The notes under the pieces were generated by a model. The model was not told where the DNA came from and did not search any database. It saw nothing but the letters and a program-made list of their open reading frames with translations. 64,000 bases of DNA from Candidatus Bipolaricaulota bacterium (lineage in GTDB: Bacteria; Bipolaricaulota; Bipolaricaulia; Bipolaricaulales; Bipolaricaulaceae), in the NCBI GenBank assembly GCA_014360995.1, contig JACIWL010000003.1:22127-86126 (forward strand), written 5' to 3'. Below are positions 63,500 through 64,000 of the stretch, in pieces (position 1 is the stretch's first letter; every line of letters starts with the position of its first letter). The position numbers and the translations under genes are program-made.

Positions 63500-63755
63500 G
63501 GTGGGCCAACACCCGCGTCCACAGCCGACGCACTGCAGGGGGGAGGTCCAACTCGGGCAACACCCTCCGAACCTCGTCCCAGTCCAGAGCCGACACGTCC
63601 TCGGCCCGGCCGTGGATCAGCACTTGCTTAAGGTACCACTTGCGCTGCCAGGGATCGGAAAGGTCCAGTTCGCGTTTGGACCACACGATGTAGCGCTTGG
63701 GCTCCACGGTGCTCTCCTTACACACCATCGTAGAAACAGCCGAAGCTAGCGTCAA
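63477..63755 (-). CDS. small putative cognate antitoxin of the AbiEii-like toxin
   Basis: 92 aa (or 83 aa from the second Met). Overlaps the toxin start by 23 nt. ...W......LD..D.......Y..QVL.HG....V..LDW.... resembles the small partners often found upstream of DUF1814 genes. Not a full-length AbiEi. Confidence 0.5.
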   Translation of the reverse strand: MTLASAVSTMVCKESTVEPKRYIVWSKRELDLSDPWQRKWYLKQVLIHGRAEDVSALDWDEVRRVLPELDLPPAVRRLWTRVLAHHAARAEA

Positions 63756-63761
63756 GTCAAG

Positions 63762-63786
63762 GGGGTCAGGTCTTTACTTTTTGGGT
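63762..63786 (+). repeat. Terminal motif of the RAYT-type element (left end)
   Basis: GGGGTCAGGTCTTTACTTTTTGGGT, 22 nt upstream of the transposase ATG. The same motif occurs at 31902, 32057 (inverted), 62555 and 62784 (inverted). Confidence 0.75.
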
Positions 63787-63807
63787 TTCCCAGGGTATAC
63801 TTGCGGC

Positions 63808-64000
63808 ATGGCGCGGCCGTTGCGCATCGAGTTCCCCGGGGCCCTCTATCACATCACCTCCCGAGGGAACGCAGGCCAAGAGGTCTTCCTCGACGACAAG
63901 GACCGCTTTTCGTTCCTCGACCTTTTGGGCGAGGTCGTAGAGCGCTTCCACTGGCGCTGCTACGCCTACTGCCTCATGCCCAACCACTACCACCTCCTTG
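63808..64000 (+). CDS. REP-associated tyrosine transposase / IS200-like Y1 (HUH) transposase, 3'-truncated by the window edge
   Basis: Own translation: MARPLRIEFPGALYHITSRGNAGQEVFLDDKDRFSFLDLLGEVVERFHWRCYAYCLMPNHYHLL. It contains the HUH motif (HYH) in the canonical AYCLM.NH.HLL context. Not in the ORF track because no stop falls inside the window. Confidence 0.85.
   Translation, partial: MARPLRIEFPGALYHITSRGNAGQEVFLDDKDRFSFLDLLGEVVERFHWRCYAYCLMPNHYHLL

Overview
High-GC bacterial chromosome segment, densely coded, with many genes joined by 4-nt ATGA/GTGA stop-start overlaps. Most of it is housekeeping.

Core genes:
- Translation: rpsA (5' partial), rpsT, rpsB, tsf, an efp-like gene, hisS, trpS, tRNA-Gln.
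- Replication and nucleotides: dnaB, gmk, pyrH, nrdD/nrdG.
- Riboflavin: ribE-ribBA-ribH.
- Membrane biogenesis: yidC-jag, secF.
- C1 and glycine metabolism: fchA-like, folD, fhs, gcvH, gcvPA, gcvPB.
- Other: trkAH, a tungsten-type aldehyde:ferredoxin oxidoreductase, an alpha-glucan phosphorylase.

The gene content (class III RNR, AOR, RtcB/archease, Cdc48-type ATPase, methyl-branch folate enzymes) suggests an anaerobic, probably thermophilic organism. That is inference only.

Non-routine content:
1. An RtcB neighbourhood. Archease and ThpR face a radical-SAM gene, rtcB, a Cdc48/VAT-like double-AAA ATPase and a translationally coupled exported SurA_N-like protein.
2. A 415-codon LAGLIDADG intein in nrdD whose first residue is Thr.
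3. A roughly 974-codon surface-protein reading frame (DUF11, Ig-like and lamin-tail domains) broken by a single in-frame TGA inside a domain.
4. A family of elements ending in the motif GGGGTCAGGTCTTTACTTTTTG. It comprises one RAYT/IS200-like Y1 transposase gene at the window edge and two MITE-like derivatives. One derivative truncates a restriction-endonuclease-like pseudogene. The other, together with the RAYT copy, brackets an AbiEii-type toxin-antitoxin pair.
5. A visibly AT-richer dipeptide-ABC plus isoaspartyl-dipeptidase cassette. It is bracketed by directly repeated IS debris with a decayed IS256-family transposase, and sits next to tRNA-Gln.

No CRISPR array, rRNA or convincing riboswitch was seen. 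Many long listed ORFs are antisense artefacts of the high GC content.
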